Below are positions 18,433 to 28,769 of a stretch of DNA of 64,000 nt, piece after piece. The DNA is from Eubacteriales bacterium. GTDB taxonomy: Bacteria > Bacillota > Clostridia > Oscillospirales > CAG-272. The stretch lies in NCBI GenBank assembly GCA_045593725.1, contig JAZNXE010000028.1, forward strand, positions 10,694 through 74,693, given 5' to 3'. The notes under the pieces were generated by a model, which worked only from the letters and a program-made list of their open reading frames with translations, was not told the DNA's origin and made no database searches. The number at the start of each line of letters is the position of its first letter. Within the stretch, counting starts at the first letter, position 1. The position numbers and the translations under genes are program-made.

Positions 18433-18461
18433 ATTATAGCACAAGGCAAAAATTTTGTCAA
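18433..18461 (-). promoter_or_regulatory. consensus sigma-A promoter of the T-box/trpB2 transcript
   Basis: On the minus strand: TTGACA (18461-18456), 17-nt spacer, TATAAT (18438-18433). Confidence 0.7.
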
Positions 18462-18543
18462 GAGCTTTTATTATTTTTACAGTTATTTAAATGATAAATA
18501 TATGGTTTTAGGCTTCATCTGTTAAGGAAAATTGAAAGGATAC

Positions 18544-18572
18544 TTGACATTTTGATTTAAAAAAACTATAAT
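18544..18572 (+). promoter_or_regulatory. consensus sigma-A promoter of ORF 18599
   Basis: TTGACA (18544-18549), 17-nt spacer, TATAAT (18567-18572). Confidence 0.65.
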
Positions 18573-18598
18573 TGTAATGTATATATTTAGGAGCGCTT

Positions 18599-19561
18599 TT
18601 GTCAATGATTAAAAGAGAAGAAGTATTGGTACATAAAAATAAAAAGAAGCGAGGATTTGAGCGTCTGGGAATAGAATATTCTCAATCCGCCGTTATGGGG
18701 AAAAGATTTATATCGGCTCACGCCATACTTTCCATTGCTCCCCAGGTGTCGTTGATATCCACCGGCGCGGAAGCGGGGGAAAAAATGAATGTGGATATAC
18801 TTTCGGTGGAGCAGATAAGAGAGCTGCGCGAGTTTGCTATGTCATACACAGAAAGATTGCTGGTTACGGGAAACGAAAATGAGCTTTGGATAATATCCCC
18901 GGCGCTTTTTCCATCGGCTACACTTTGTGTGGCTATCCGTCCTTATCTGCCACCGCGGGAATTGCTCAGATTCATAAAGGACGAGCCTGAGCTTTTTCGG
19001 ATTTCGAGGTGCATAGATATTGGTCCTGCCAGAATGTCGGCGCGGATGGCTCATAAAAAAGAAGCGTTTTTGGATTTGATGAGAGAGATAAAAAATTGCT
19101 TTTTTGACATATACCGTCTTGAGGATTGCCACGATGAAGCCGAGCGGAGAAGAATATTGGCAGAGCAATGCGGAGCGCTGTCGATGTTTACAGGATGCCC
19201 CATAGAGCTTGAAGCCTTGGAGAGTGAGGGGGAGGTTTATTCAAAGACCGATTTCCCGCTCTTTACAGCCTTTGTTCTTAATATGCTCATAGTGGCAAGA
19301 CAATCCTCACCTACAAGAAGCGCCAAGCTGAGAATAAGGTCGGAGCGTTCCGCCGCATTCGTTGAGATAAGATTTTCCTCGGATGCTCCTCTTTATCTGT
19401 CAAAGGAACAGCTTTGGTGGACACGGGCGGGGGATGATAAGGGAATCTTCTGTTATTTTGACGATGACGGAGATGAGGTCGTAGCAACGCTCCATCCCTT
19501 ACGTGACGACAGACTGTACGTGGAGATAAAGCAGCACTTTGAGTTTAAGCTTAAGCAATAA
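18599..19561 (+). CDS. hypothetical protein (no family recognised)
   Basis: 320-aa ORF with AGGAG (18589-18593) 5 nt before TTG 18599; in-frame ATG at 18605. Bounded by a consensus promoter and a terminator. No motif I can name. Confidence 0.55.
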   Translation: MSMIKREEVLVHKNKKKRGFERLGIEYSQSAVMGKRFISAHAILSIAPQVSLISTGAEAGEKMNVDILSVEQIRELREFAMSYTERLLVTGNENELWIISPALFPSATLCVAIRPYLPPRELLRFIKDEPELFRISRCIDIGPARMSARMAHKKEAFLDLMREIKNCFFDIYRLEDCHDEAERRRILAEQCGALSMFTGCPIELEALESEGEVYSKTDFPLFTAFVLNMLIVARQSSPTRSAKLRIRSERSAAFVEIRFSSDAPLYLSKEQLWWTRAGDDKGIFCYFDDDGDEVVATLHPLRDDRLYVEIKQHFEFKLKQ

Positions 19562-19563
19562 AT

Positions 19564-19592
19564 AAAACGGAGAGTTTAATACTCTCCGTTTT
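19564..19592. terminator. bidirectional terminator between convergent genes
   Basis: AAAACGGAGAG - loop - CTCTCCGTTTT, with an A-run on one side and a T-run on the other. Confidence 0.75.
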
Positions 19593-19614
19593 ATATCTTT
19601 TTTATATCTTTTTA

Positions 19615-20793
19615 TCAGTTTGCCGCAGGCTGTGCCCAAAGGACGTTTATAATCTGGTCGTGATTCCAGTTTTCACTCTTGATTATAGCCTTCCACTGCT
19701 CCTCTGTTCCGTCGTAGCTGATATCCTTTATCTTTGAGGCGTCAAAGGCGGTATCAGTGATTATCCTGGTATCCTTGTGAAGCTTGAAGTCGTCGTCGTT
19801 GGTAGCAATAATATAAACGAGAACCATGTAAGGATTGGAGTCTGTTCCAAGGTAGCATCCGTTTTCGTACTCATTAAAGGTGATATCTACCTTAGGTATT
19901 TCGTTAGAGCCAAAGGACTTATCAAAAGCGGGGTCGTTCTCAAAGCAGGTGCCGTCTATTATGGTAACAGCATCGCCCAGCTCTATTGTCTCCAGATAAG
20001 AGCAGTATGCAAAGGCTCTGTCAGCTATAAGCTTGGTCTTGTCGTTTACCTTACAGCTCTCTACGTTAAGGTTTTCCGCGCAAACCAATACGAGATAAGG
20101 ATTTTCAGCGTTTCCGAGGTACTTGGCTCCGTCAGCGACAGTATAGTTAAGCTTGTCAGTTCCGCTGAAGGCGTATGCCGAAACGTAGGTTATCTTGTCC
20201 GAGAGAGTAACCTTTTCAAGGGCGGCGCATCCAAAGAAAGCACCCTGCTCAATAACAGAGGTCGCGCCCGAAAGGTCAGCCTCCGTTATTGCTATGCATC
20301 CTCGGAAAGCATCCTTAGATACTGTGACTATACCCTTGGAAAGAGTAAGTGTAGCCAGCTTAGGGCAATTCTGGAACGCGCCCATGCCTATTTCGGTAAC
20401 GCTGTCAGCCATAGTAACCTTTTCCAGATTGTCACAGCCATAGAAGGCGTAATCGCCTATGTAGGTGTAGGTTTCGGGAATAGATACCGACTTTAACGTA
20501 AGGAGTGCCTTGAAGGCGTCAGCGGAAATTCCCACGATATCTCTTCCGTCATCTGTTTCCTTAGGGAGCGTAAGCTCTACGGGGTCAAGGGACGCGGGAG
20601 AGAAGGCTGTTATCTCGTAGTCACCGTCTTCGTTGGTATCGTATTCAAAGGTTCCGACAGCGGTCTTCACGGTATTTTCCACCTGATTTTTTTTATCATT
20701 CTCGCCATCGCCATCTTCCTCTTCCTTTTTGGAGCAAGCTACCATACAGAATATAAGGAAAGCAGCCAATATAAGTGCTAAAAATTTTTTCAT
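19615..20793 (-). CDS. leucine-rich-repeat (BspA-type) surface lipoprotein
   Basis: Signal peptide KKFLALILAAFLIFCMVAC with lipobox Cys, followed by an acidic linker. Repeated ~23-aa units (e.g. IGDYAFYGCDNLEKVTMADSVTEIGMGAFQNCPKLATLTL). Confidence 0.75.
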   Translation of the reverse strand: MKKFLALILAAFLIFCMVACSKKEEEDGDGENDKKNQVENTVKTAVGTFEYDTNEDGDYEITAFSPASLDPVELTLPKETDDGRDIVGISADAFKALLTLKSVSIPETYTYIGDYAFYGCDNLEKVTMADSVTEIGMGAFQNCPKLATLTLSKGIVTVSKDAFRGCIAITEADLSGATSVIEQGAFFGCAALEKVTLSDKITYVSAYAFSGTDKLNYTVADGAKYLGNAENPYLVLVCAENLNVESCKVNDKTKLIADRAFAYCSYLETIELGDAVTIIDGTCFENDPAFDKSFGSNEIPKVDITFNEYENGCYLGTDSNPYMVLVYIIATNDDDFKLHKDTRIITDTAFDASKIKDISYDGTEEQWKAIIKSENWNHDQIINVLWAQPAAN

Positions 20794-20936
20794 TGCTAAC
20801 CTCCGGTCGCAGAATGTTTTTTTCTAATCTACATTATACTACACATCGGTGTGCTTGTCAACAAGAAAAACTGTTTAATATAAAATTTGGTCAAATATAA
20901 CAAATTTATATATCTGCTGTTTGTAGGGTAATTTTA

Positions 20937-20966
20937 TTGACACAGCCCGAGTATTTGATGTATAAT
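20937..20966 (+). promoter_or_regulatory. sigma-A-type promoter of recG
   Basis: TTGACA (20937-20942), 18-nt spacer, TATAAT (20961-20966). Confidence 0.55.
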
Positions 20967-20995
20967 ATATAAAACGCATGGAAGGAGGTGCGGAG

Positions 20996-23155
20996 ATGCG
21001 TGTTTTCGATACCCATATAAAAAAGCTGTACGGCGTGGGCGAGGTACGGGCGTCAAGATACGGCGCATTGGGAATAAAAACAGTGGGCGACCTGCTTCTC
21101 CATTATCCCAGAGGCTATGAGGACAGAGGAAGCATAAAGCTGCTTACAGAGGGCGATGGACTTACAAAGAGCGCCTATCTTCTTACGGTGGCCACCGAAC
21201 CGAAAAGTGTGCGGGTAAAGGGAAGGATGACTCTGACTAAATTCCGCGCCTACGACGACAGCGCGGTATGCGATGTGACCTTTTTCAATCAGGAATATCT
21301 GAAGACCGTCTTTACCGTGGGAAGCACCTTCCGTTTTTACGGGAAGGTGGAGTATAAGGCGGGGAAATATCTTATGACCTCTCCCGCGTACGAGGCGTGG
21401 AGCGAGGATGCCGAGCTTCCCCCGCTTATACCCGTGTATCCTCTGACCGAGGGGATAACGGGAAAGCAGATAGCCAAGGATATGCGCGCCGCACTGACTC
21501 TTGCCTCTGTGGCACAGGACGGAAATGACCCCCTTCCGGAGGACATAAGACGAAGGGCGGGGCTGTGTTTGCGCTCTTATGCTATCCGAAACATACACGC
21601 CCCCAAGGATTTCGCTGCGTTGGCTTCGGCAAAGAAGCGGCTTATATTCGACGAGTTTTTTAATTTTGCCTTGGGAATTACCATATCCGGGGAAAAGAAC
21701 AGGCGTTCGCCTGCCTTTCCTTGTCTTGACGGTGATATAGGACCCCTTATCAAGATATTGCCGTACAAGCTTACGGGTGCTCAGAGTAGGGTAGTTGAGG
21801 AGATACGGTCGGATATGGCAAAGGACACCCTTATGTGCCGTATGGTTATAGGTGACGTGGGCAGCGGAAAGACGGTATGCGCCGCGGCGGCTATACTTTT
21901 CGCTGTGCAAAGCGGTCATCAGGCGGCGCTTATGGTTCCTACCGAGATACTTGCCAGACAGCATTATGAGTCGCTTAGCGATATTTTTACAAGGCTGGGA
22001 CTTCGGTCCGCGCTTCTTATAGGCGCTACCCCCGCGGCTCAAAAGCGCAGGATATACGCGGCGCTCTCCTCGGAGGGTGAGGACAGAATAGACGTGGTGA
22101 TAGGTACACACGCACTCCTCTCGGAGGGAGTTGACTTTTATTCTCTCGGACTTGCCGTAGTAGATGAGCAGCACCGCTTCGGAGTTGACCAGAGAGCGGC
22201 TTTGGCGAGAAAAAATCCTATGGCGCACACTTTGGTTATGAGTGCTACTCCCATACCGCGCTCCTTGGCGTTGGCTCTTTACGGCGACCTTGATATTTCG
22301 GTTATAGATGAGATACCTCCGGGACGTCAAAAAGTGGATACCTTTGTGGTAGATGAGAGCTACCGACAACGGCTCAACGGCTTTATAAGAAAGCAGATTG
22401 AGAGCGGCGGTCAGGTTTACGTGGTATGTTCCTCGGTGGACGAAAGCCCCGAGGAGGAGCAAGCCGACCTGCTTATGGACAGTGTCGGAACAGATGGCGA
22501 CCTGCTCTGCCGACTTGACGGTGACAGACCCCGCGCTCCCCTTAAATCCGCTGTGAAATTTTCCGCGGAGCTTGAGGCGGAGTTTCCCGAATTTAAGGTG
22601 GATTTTCTGCACGGAAAGCTGAACAGCCGTGAGAAAGAGAAGAAAATGAAGGCGTTTGTGTCGGGCGAAACTCATATTTTGGTTTCCACCACGGTTATTG
22701 AGGTGGGTGTCAACGTGCCACGCGCCTCGCTTATGATAGTTGAGAATGCCGAGCGCTTCGGGCTCTCACAGCTTCATCAGCTCCGCGGACGTGTGGGCAG
22801 AGGAGAGAGAAAGTCCTATTGCATACTCGTTTCCGAGGACATCAATACAGAGGGAGGCGCAAAGGAGCGCTTACTTACTCTGAAAAGTTCTCACGACGGA
22901 TACAGTATAGCCGAAAAGGACCTGTCTATGAGAGGTCCGGGTGACTTTCTCAGAAACGGCGCGGACGGCTCGGTCCGTCAGAGCGGAGGTGTCAGATTCA
23001 GGTTGGCGGAGCTGTGTGACGATACGGGGCTTATGAGCCTTGCCTTTAGTGAGGCGAGGAAGCTTATAGGAGATGACCCAAATCTTTGGGCGCATCCCGC
23101 CCTTCGAGATGAGGTAGAGAGGATGTTTGTCACCGACCCTTTGGAAGTTAACTAA
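20996..23155 (+). CDS. recG: ATP-dependent DNA helicase RecG
   Basis: Wedge N-domain plus SF2 motifs GDVGSGKT, VVDEQHRFG, SATPIPRS and QLHQLRGRVGRG. Start ATG 20996, 7 nt after GGAGG. Confidence 0.9.
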   Translation: MRVFDTHIKKLYGVGEVRASRYGALGIKTVGDLLLHYPRGYEDRGSIKLLTEGDGLTKSAYLLTVATEPKSVRVKGRMTLTKFRAYDDSAVCDVTFFNQEYLKTVFTVGSTFRFYGKVEYKAGKYLMTSPAYEAWSEDAELPPLIPVYPLTEGITGKQIAKDMRAALTLASVAQDGNDPLPEDIRRRAGLCLRSYAIRNIHAPKDFAALASAKKRLIFDEFFNFALGITISGEKNRRSPAFPCLDGDIGPLIKILPYKLTGAQSRVVEEIRSDMAKDTLMCRMVIGDVGSGKTVCAAAAILFAVQSGHQAALMVPTEILARQHYESLSDIFTRLGLRSALLIGATPAAQKRRIYAALSSEGEDRIDVVIGTHALLSEGVDFYSLGLAVVDEQHRFGVDQRAALARKNPMAHTLVMSATPIPRSLALALYGDLDISVIDEIPPGRQKVDTFVVDESYRQRLNGFIRKQIESGGQVYVVCSSVDESPEEEQADLLMDSVGTDGDLLCRLDGDRPRAPLKSAVKFSAELEAEFPEFKVDFLHGKLNSREKEKKMKAFVSGETHILVSTTVIEVGVNVPRASLMIVENAERFGLSQLHQLRGRVGRGERKSYCILVSEDINTEGGAKERLLTLKSSHDGYSIAEKDLSMRGPGDFLRNGADGSVRQSGGVRFRLAELCDDTGLMSLAFSEARKLIGDDPNLWAHPALRDEVERMFVTDPLEVN

Positions 23156-23216
23156 AGCGTAATATTTTCATACCTTCGGCGATATGCTTAAAACAGATAT
23201 CGTCGGAGGTTTTTTT

Positions 23217-23696
23217 ATGAGTGTGGAATATGATATAAAAAGGAGCAGAGTGTACGCTCAGGGCAACGAATGCTTACGATACAAAATCAGTGTCCCTGTA
23301 ATAAAGGGAGCGGAAAGGATAAATGAATTTTATAAAAGGATAAGTGAGGAGTGCGAGAGCTTTTGCAGAATTCGGCTTTGCCAATGCATAGAGAATACTA
23401 AAGGTGAAAGGTTTTTTTACGAGCTTTTATGCAGGGTGTGCCACGAGGACGCCGAGATTGTTTCTATATTGACGCGCGTACGCCTCCTGAAAGGGGGAAC
23501 TGAGATTGAGAGTTACATCCGAGCGCTTAACTGGAGTGTGACCGAGGGGTGTATGCTTCCACCAAAGCTGTTGCTGCGCAAATATACGAAAAAAGGGAAG
23601 TCCCAACACAAGGAGGATGAGGGCATATTTTTATGCCGTGGGGAGATTAAAAGTCTAAAAGACACCCGTATTGACATATTTTTTAAGCAGATGTGA
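23217..23696 (+). CDS. hypothetical protein
   Basis: 159-aa ORF starting at ATG 23217 behind GGAGG (23205-23209). No family recognised. Confidence 0.5.
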   Translation: MSVEYDIKRSRVYAQGNECLRYKISVPVIKGAERINEFYKRISEECESFCRIRLCQCIENTKGERFFYELLCRVCHEDAEIVSILTRVRLLKGGTEIESYIRALNWSVTEGCMLPPKLLLRKYTKKGKSQHKEDEGIFLCRGEIKSLKDTRIDIFFKQM

Positions 23697-23745
23697 GAAA
23701 AAATAGAAAATTGCGTAAGACGGAGATATTTTTCAAAAAAATATC

Positions 23746-23774
23746 TTGAAGATATATTATAAATATGGTATAAT
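23746..23774 (+). promoter_or_regulatory. sigma-A-type promoter of the V-ATPase operon
   Basis: TTGAAG (23746-23751), 17-nt spacer, TATAAT (23769-23774). Confidence 0.6.
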
Positions 23775-23850
23775 AAATTTAACATATTTTCGCTTGAGAA
23801 AGTGGAAAAGACAAAACAATGCTAAATGTTGACACGGAGGCTATGGAATT

Positions 23851-24171
23851 TTGTCAAGAGAAATAATTGAGAAGATAAGACAAGCCGAGGCGCAGGCTCA
23901 AAGGATAAGGAGCGACGCGCAGGAAGAGGCAAAGACGCGTATCCGTACCGCCGAGGCGGAGGCAAAAAAGCTTTGTCAAAGGGCTGAGGAACAGGCGCAA
24001 AGGCAAAACAGGGAGAAGCTTGACATAGCTAAGATCAGGGCTGAAGAGGTGTTACAAAACGCCGAAAAGGATGCTCTTCTGGAGGCGAAGTCTATGGAAA
24101 AAACAGCCGATTTTAATATGAGAGAGGCTGTCAGGACTATCATTGCGGGAGTGAAGGAACAATGTCAGTAA
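23851..24171 (+). CDS. V/A-type ATPase peripheral-stalk subunit G/H-like
   Basis: 106-aa coiled-coil protein (EAQAQRIRSDAQEEAKTRIRTAEAEAKK). First gene of the operon, as in E. hirae ntp. TTG start with GGAGG upstream. Confidence 0.65.
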   Translation: MSREIIEKIRQAEAQAQRIRSDAQEEAKTRIRTAEAEAKKLCQRAEEQAQRQNREKLDIAKIRAEEVLQNAEKDALLEAKSMEKTADFNMREAVRTIIAGVKEQCQ

Positions 24172-26138
24172 GCAAGATGAAAAGGCTGACGGTGTTCGCT
24201 CACAAGGAACGGCTGGACGAGCTGGTAAAAAGGCTTGTAAAGCTGCGCTGCGTGGAGATATCAGAGAGTGAGGAGCGCTCCATGGAGGAGCTTTCGCTTA
24301 CAAGAATAAATTGCGACACGCGCAGACTTGAGCTTGAAGCCGATATCGCCGACATCGGAAAAGCCATAAACCTGCTTGACCCCTTTGTAAGGAGAAGCAA
24401 GGGACTGTTCCCGCAAAAAACAGAGGTGGATACCGAGGCGTTTGTTAAAAAAGGACACGCCGAAAGGGCAAGGCGGACTGTCAAAGAAGCGCTTTCTGCT
24501 GAGAACAGGCTTAATGCCATTAAAGCCGAGAGGGCGAGGTGCGAGGCTGATATCGCCGCGGCAGAGCCATACTCGGAATATGATATGCCGCTGGGCTTTT
24601 CGGGAACCGACAGCTCCGAGTGCTTCCTTGGTGTGCTGCCCGCTGCCACAGACCTTGACGTGTGCGGAAAGGCGCTGTACAAGGTGGGAGCTATTGCCCA
24701 GATACTTCGGAGAGATAAGAACGGTATATACGCCGTATTTTTCTGCCATAAAAGCGACAGCGCGGCAGTAAGCGCTGAGCTTAGCTCCTACGGATTTCTT
24801 AAAGCAAACTTCTCGGGAAACCGGATGACTGCCGCAGAATGTATAGTTAACGCCCGTAAGAGGCTCAGAGCACTTGACGCTGAGAGTGAAGCTTTAAGAG
24901 TAAGGCTCGCGGAGCTGGCAAAGCGTGTAGATGCCCTTGAGGTTCTTTATGATATGGAAGCCACAGAGCTTGTATCAGTGGAGCAGAAGCTTAAGCTCTG
25001 CGCAACCGACAGCGTTGCCGTTATAAAGGGCTGGATACCCGCAAAACGCGAGGCAGCGGTGGAGGGCTTTCTTGAAGGCTTTGAGTGCGCTTATGAGATA
25101 AGCGAGCCGGAGGGCGAGGAGATACCTCCCGTACTGCTGGAAAACAACGGCTTTGCGTCAAACTTCGAGTGGGTACTGGGAATGTATTCTTATCCGCTTT
25201 ACGGAAGATTTGACCCTACGTTTATAATGAGTATATTTTACTTCATTATCTTCGGTATTATGTTTGCCGACGCGGGGTATGGAATACTGCTGGTGCTGGC
25301 TTGCTTCGGCGCGGTGAAATTTTTGCACCCCGGAGAAGGAATGCAGAGATTCCTTAAAATGTTCGGGTACTGCGGGTTTTCGTGTATAATTTTCGGAGTG
25401 CTTTTCGGGGCTTATTTTGGCGACCTGCCCCTTGCTATAATGCGCAATATGATGGGCATTCCCGAGGAACAGCTTCCCAATCTCGCACTTTTGGGAGGAT
25501 CGGGCGCCAATATAGCTCTCCTCTTCGACCCGCTGCAAAATCCTATGGGATTTTTGCTTCTCTCCTTGGGAGTTGGCGCGGTACACCTTATCGCGGGAAT
25601 GGCGGTTCAGTTTTACGTGCTTTGCAAGGACGGACACGTGCTTGACGCCATACTTGACATAGGCGCGTACTGGCTACTCTTCGGCGGAGTTGCGTTGCTG
25701 GTGCTTATGCCCTCGGTTGGACTTTGGGTGACCTTAGCCGCGGTGGCTGTTATAGTACTGACCCACGGACGAAGCGAGAAAAATATAGTTATGAAGCTGC
25801 TCAAGGGTCTGCTTGGACTCTACGACCTTATAAATTACGTAGCCGACCTGCTTTCCTACTCCAGAATTCTGGCACTTGGACTTGCGGCGGGAATAATCGG
25901 ACAGGTGGTAAACATTCTCGGAACTATGGGCGGGGCTACCGTTGTTGGCTTTATTGCCTTGGTCGTGGCATTTGCCATAGGACATCTGCTCAACCTGGCT
26001 ATAAACGTGCTGGGCACCTTCGTGCATACGTCAAGACTTCAGTATATAGAATTTTTCGGAAAGTTCTACGAGGACGGAGGAATCCCCTTCGACCCTGCGG
26101 AGCCATCTGAAAAGTTTTCACGGGAAATTAATCAATAA
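24162..26138 (+). CDS. ntpI: V/A-type ATPase subunit I (a)
   Basis: 658 aa. Soluble coiled N-terminal half plus a polytopic C-terminal half with ...DLLSYSRILALGLA... (conserved Arg region). Start overlaps the upstream stop. Confidence 0.85.
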   Translation: MSVSKMKRLTVFAHKERLDELVKRLVKLRCVEISESEERSMEELSLTRINCDTRRLELEADIADIGKAINLLDPFVRRSKGLFPQKTEVDTEAFVKKGHAERARRTVKEALSAENRLNAIKAERARCEADIAAAEPYSEYDMPLGFSGTDSSECFLGVLPAATDLDVCGKALYKVGAIAQILRRDKNGIYAVFFCHKSDSAAVSAELSSYGFLKANFSGNRMTAAECIVNARKRLRALDAESEALRVRLAELAKRVDALEVLYDMEATELVSVEQKLKLCATDSVAVIKGWIPAKREAAVEGFLEGFECAYEISEPEGEEIPPVLLENNGFASNFEWVLGMYSYPLYGRFDPTFIMSIFYFIIFGIMFADAGYGILLVLACFGAVKFLHPGEGMQRFLKMFGYCGFSCIIFGVLFGAYFGDLPLAIMRNMMGIPEEQLPNLALLGGSGANIALLFDPLQNPMGFLLLSLGVGAVHLIAGMAVQFYVLCKDGHVLDAILDIGAYWLLFGGVALLVLMPSVGLWVTLAAVAVIVLTHGRSEKNIVMKLLKGLLGLYDLINYVADLLSYSRILALGLAAGIIGQVVNILGTMGGATVVGFIALVVAFAIGHLLNLAINVLGTFVHTSRLQYIEFFGKFYEDGGIPFDPAEPSEKFSREINQ

Positions 26139-26678
<540 letters not shown>

Positions 26679-26716
26679 TTGAGAGTAAAGCGAAAAGCAT
26701 AAGCACAGGAGGCGTA

Positions 26717-27382
26717 ATGACAGGACTTAGCAAGATAACAGATAAAATTCTGGACGAGGCAAGGCGTGAAGCGGCTGCAAGGCTTGCGGAGGCTGATGCC
26801 CAATGCGCGCTCATAACCGCCGAGTACAAGGCAAAGGCTGACGAAGCGGCAAATGCGCTTAACGCCGATGCTAAAAGCGAGGCGTCCCAGATAGTTTCGC
26901 GTACACGCGCCGGAGAAGCTACCGTCCGTAAAAATCTTTTGCTTAAAACTCAGGGAGAGATGATAGACAAGGCATTTGAGATAGCCGAAAAGGAGCTTGC
27001 TTCTCTTAGCGGAAACGAAAGACTTGAGCTTCTGGCGGGATTGCTTACCGCTCTTATGGCGGCAGAATGGGATGCCGAGCAGACAAGAGATGAAATTTAC
27101 GGTGATGAGGGAGAGGAGAAGCGTATCTATGAGATAATGCTTAATCCCAAGGACCGAGAGCATTACGGAGAAGCGCTTTTAAGCAATTTCAAGCGAAGAA
27201 TAGTGGGAAAGGATATGGGCGATATCGCATCCCGCGTAGTCCTCGGTAAAGGTACCGTGGATATAGAGGGCGGACTTATAGTAAGAGTAGGCGACGTGGA
27301 TATAAACAGCTCTGTACACGCTCTGATTGCTCAGCTCAGACCCTCGCTTGAAGCAAGGGTAGCTAAGATATTATTTCCCTAA
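26717..27382 (+). CDS. ntpE: V/A-type ATPase subunit E
   Basis: 221 aa with an N-terminal long helix (ILDEARREAAARLAEADAQ...) and a globular C-terminus. Position follows K as in ntp operons. Confidence 0.75.
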   Translation: MTGLSKITDKILDEARREAAARLAEADAQCALITAEYKAKADEAANALNADAKSEASQIVSRTRAGEATVRKNLLLKTQGEMIDKAFEIAEKELASLSGNERLELLAGLLTALMAAEWDAEQTRDEIYGDEGEEKRIYEIMLNPKDREHYGEALLSNFKRRIVGKDMGDIASRVVLGKGTVDIEGGLIVRVGDVDINSSVHALIAQLRPSLEARVAKILFP

Positions 27383-27406
27383 AAAAGAGAAAGGTTGATA
27401 GTGAAA

Positions 27407-28411
27407 ATGGCTAAAGGCTATAATGCAACCGAATATATGTACAGCTCCGCGCGAATACGCGCTATGGAAGCGAGGATAGCCACGGCAGAGCAAATAGCAA
27501 GGCTTGCCGATGCAGAAAGCGTTGACGTAATTATAAGCTCTCTGGGCGAGTTCGGCTTTGAAGCGGTGTACGATGCCGACGGAAAGCTTTCAAGAGAGGA
27601 TACGCTCCTAAGTGTCCTTGAGGAGGGCTTTCGCGCTGTTGGCGAGATGGAATGCGGCGAGGCGGTACGTTTTTTAAAATATCAGTATGATTGCAACAAT
27701 ATAAAAGCGATTATAAAATGCAACTCGGCGGGTATATCCCCCGACGGAATGCTTCTGCCTTTAGGCAGTGTAGGGATTGAGAGCGTTAAAAAGGCGTATC
27801 TTGAGAAGGATTATTCGGTATTTCCCGAAAATATGGCGTCGGCGATAGCTGAGGCGGAGAATGCCTTTGCGGCTACCGCAAACCCGCAGAAGGTGGATTT
27901 TATTATAGACAGAGCCGCCTTTGCGGATATGCTCAAATCGGCGACTGATAGCGGCGTTCCTCTTGCCCGACGGCTTGTAGCTGTAAAAATAGACCTTGTG
28001 AATATAATGATAGCTATACGCCTTATCCGTATGAAGCTTGGGGTACAGGCAGAAGCCCTGCTTGACGAGGCATACGTTGAGGGAGGCTCCTTTGACAGGG
28101 AGAGTCTTGGAGAGGCTGTAACGGCTGGAGAGGACGGACTTTCCGAGCTTCTCGCTTACAGTGCTTATTCGTCCTTTGCTGAGTATATATCTGAGGGCGC
28201 TTCCTTGGGAAGGCTTGAGAAGGCTGCTGACGATATGTGGGTATCCCTTGCCAAGGAGGCAAGATACGCGCCCTTCGGCGCGGAGGTGGCTATCGGGTAT
28301 ATTTTTGCTCTTGAATATGAGGTCAAGAATATAAGGATAGTGCTTGCGGGCAAGGAAGCGGGACTCTCCTCGGATATAATTCGCGAAAGAATGAGGGAGT
28401 GCTATGTATAA
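27407..28411 (+). CDS. ntpC: V/A-type ATPase subunit C (d)
   Basis: N-terminus ...EYMYSSARIRAMEARI... is typical of subunit C. Start ambiguous: TTG 27395 (track), GTG 27401 or ATG 27407. Confidence 0.75.
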   Translation: MAKGYNATEYMYSSARIRAMEARIATAEQIARLADAESVDVIISSLGEFGFEAVYDADGKLSREDTLLSVLEEGFRAVGEMECGEAVRFLKYQYDCNNIKAIIKCNSAGISPDGMLLPLGSVGIESVKKAYLEKDYSVFPENMASAIAEAENAFAATANPQKVDFIIDRAAFADMLKSATDSGVPLARRLVAVKIDLVNIMIAIRLIRMKLGVQAEALLDEAYVEGGSFDRESLGEAVTAGEDGLSELLAYSAYSSFAEYISEGASLGRLEKAADDMWVSLAKEARYAPFGAEVAIGYIFALEYEVKNIRIVLAGKEAGLSSDIIRERMRECYV

Positions 28412-28730
28412 GATTGGAATAATAGGCGACCGCGACAGCGTGCTGGGCTTTATGGCTCTGGGTTTTTCGGTCCACGAGGCGAAATGCGGCGAGGATGCGG
28501 CGGATAAGCTTCACGAGCTTGTTAGAACGGGGGAGTACGCGGTGATATTTATAATCGAAAGCCTTGCCCTTGACATACAAGAGGACATGGCAAGGTATAA
28601 GGATGCCCCCCTCCCCGCCATTACGGTTATTCCCGGTGGCAGCGGAAGCACGGGCTACGGAATGGCGAGCATCAAGAGCGCGGTAGAGCGCGCGGTAGGA
28701 GCGGATATTCTCTTTAAGAACGAAGAATAA
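28404..28730 (+). CDS. ntpF: V/A-type ATPase subunit F
   Basis: 108 aa, MYKIGIIGDRDSVLGFMALGF... typical of subunit F. Overlaps the subunit C stop by 8 nt. Confidence 0.8.
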   Translation: MYKIGIIGDRDSVLGFMALGFSVHEAKCGEDAADKLHELVRTGEYAVIFIIESLALDIQEDMARYKDAPLPAITVIPGGSGSTGYGMASIKSAVERAVGADILFKNEE

Positions 28731-28769
28731 AAAATCTAATAGCGCTGAGAGGCGTTTGGAGGCATAGTA

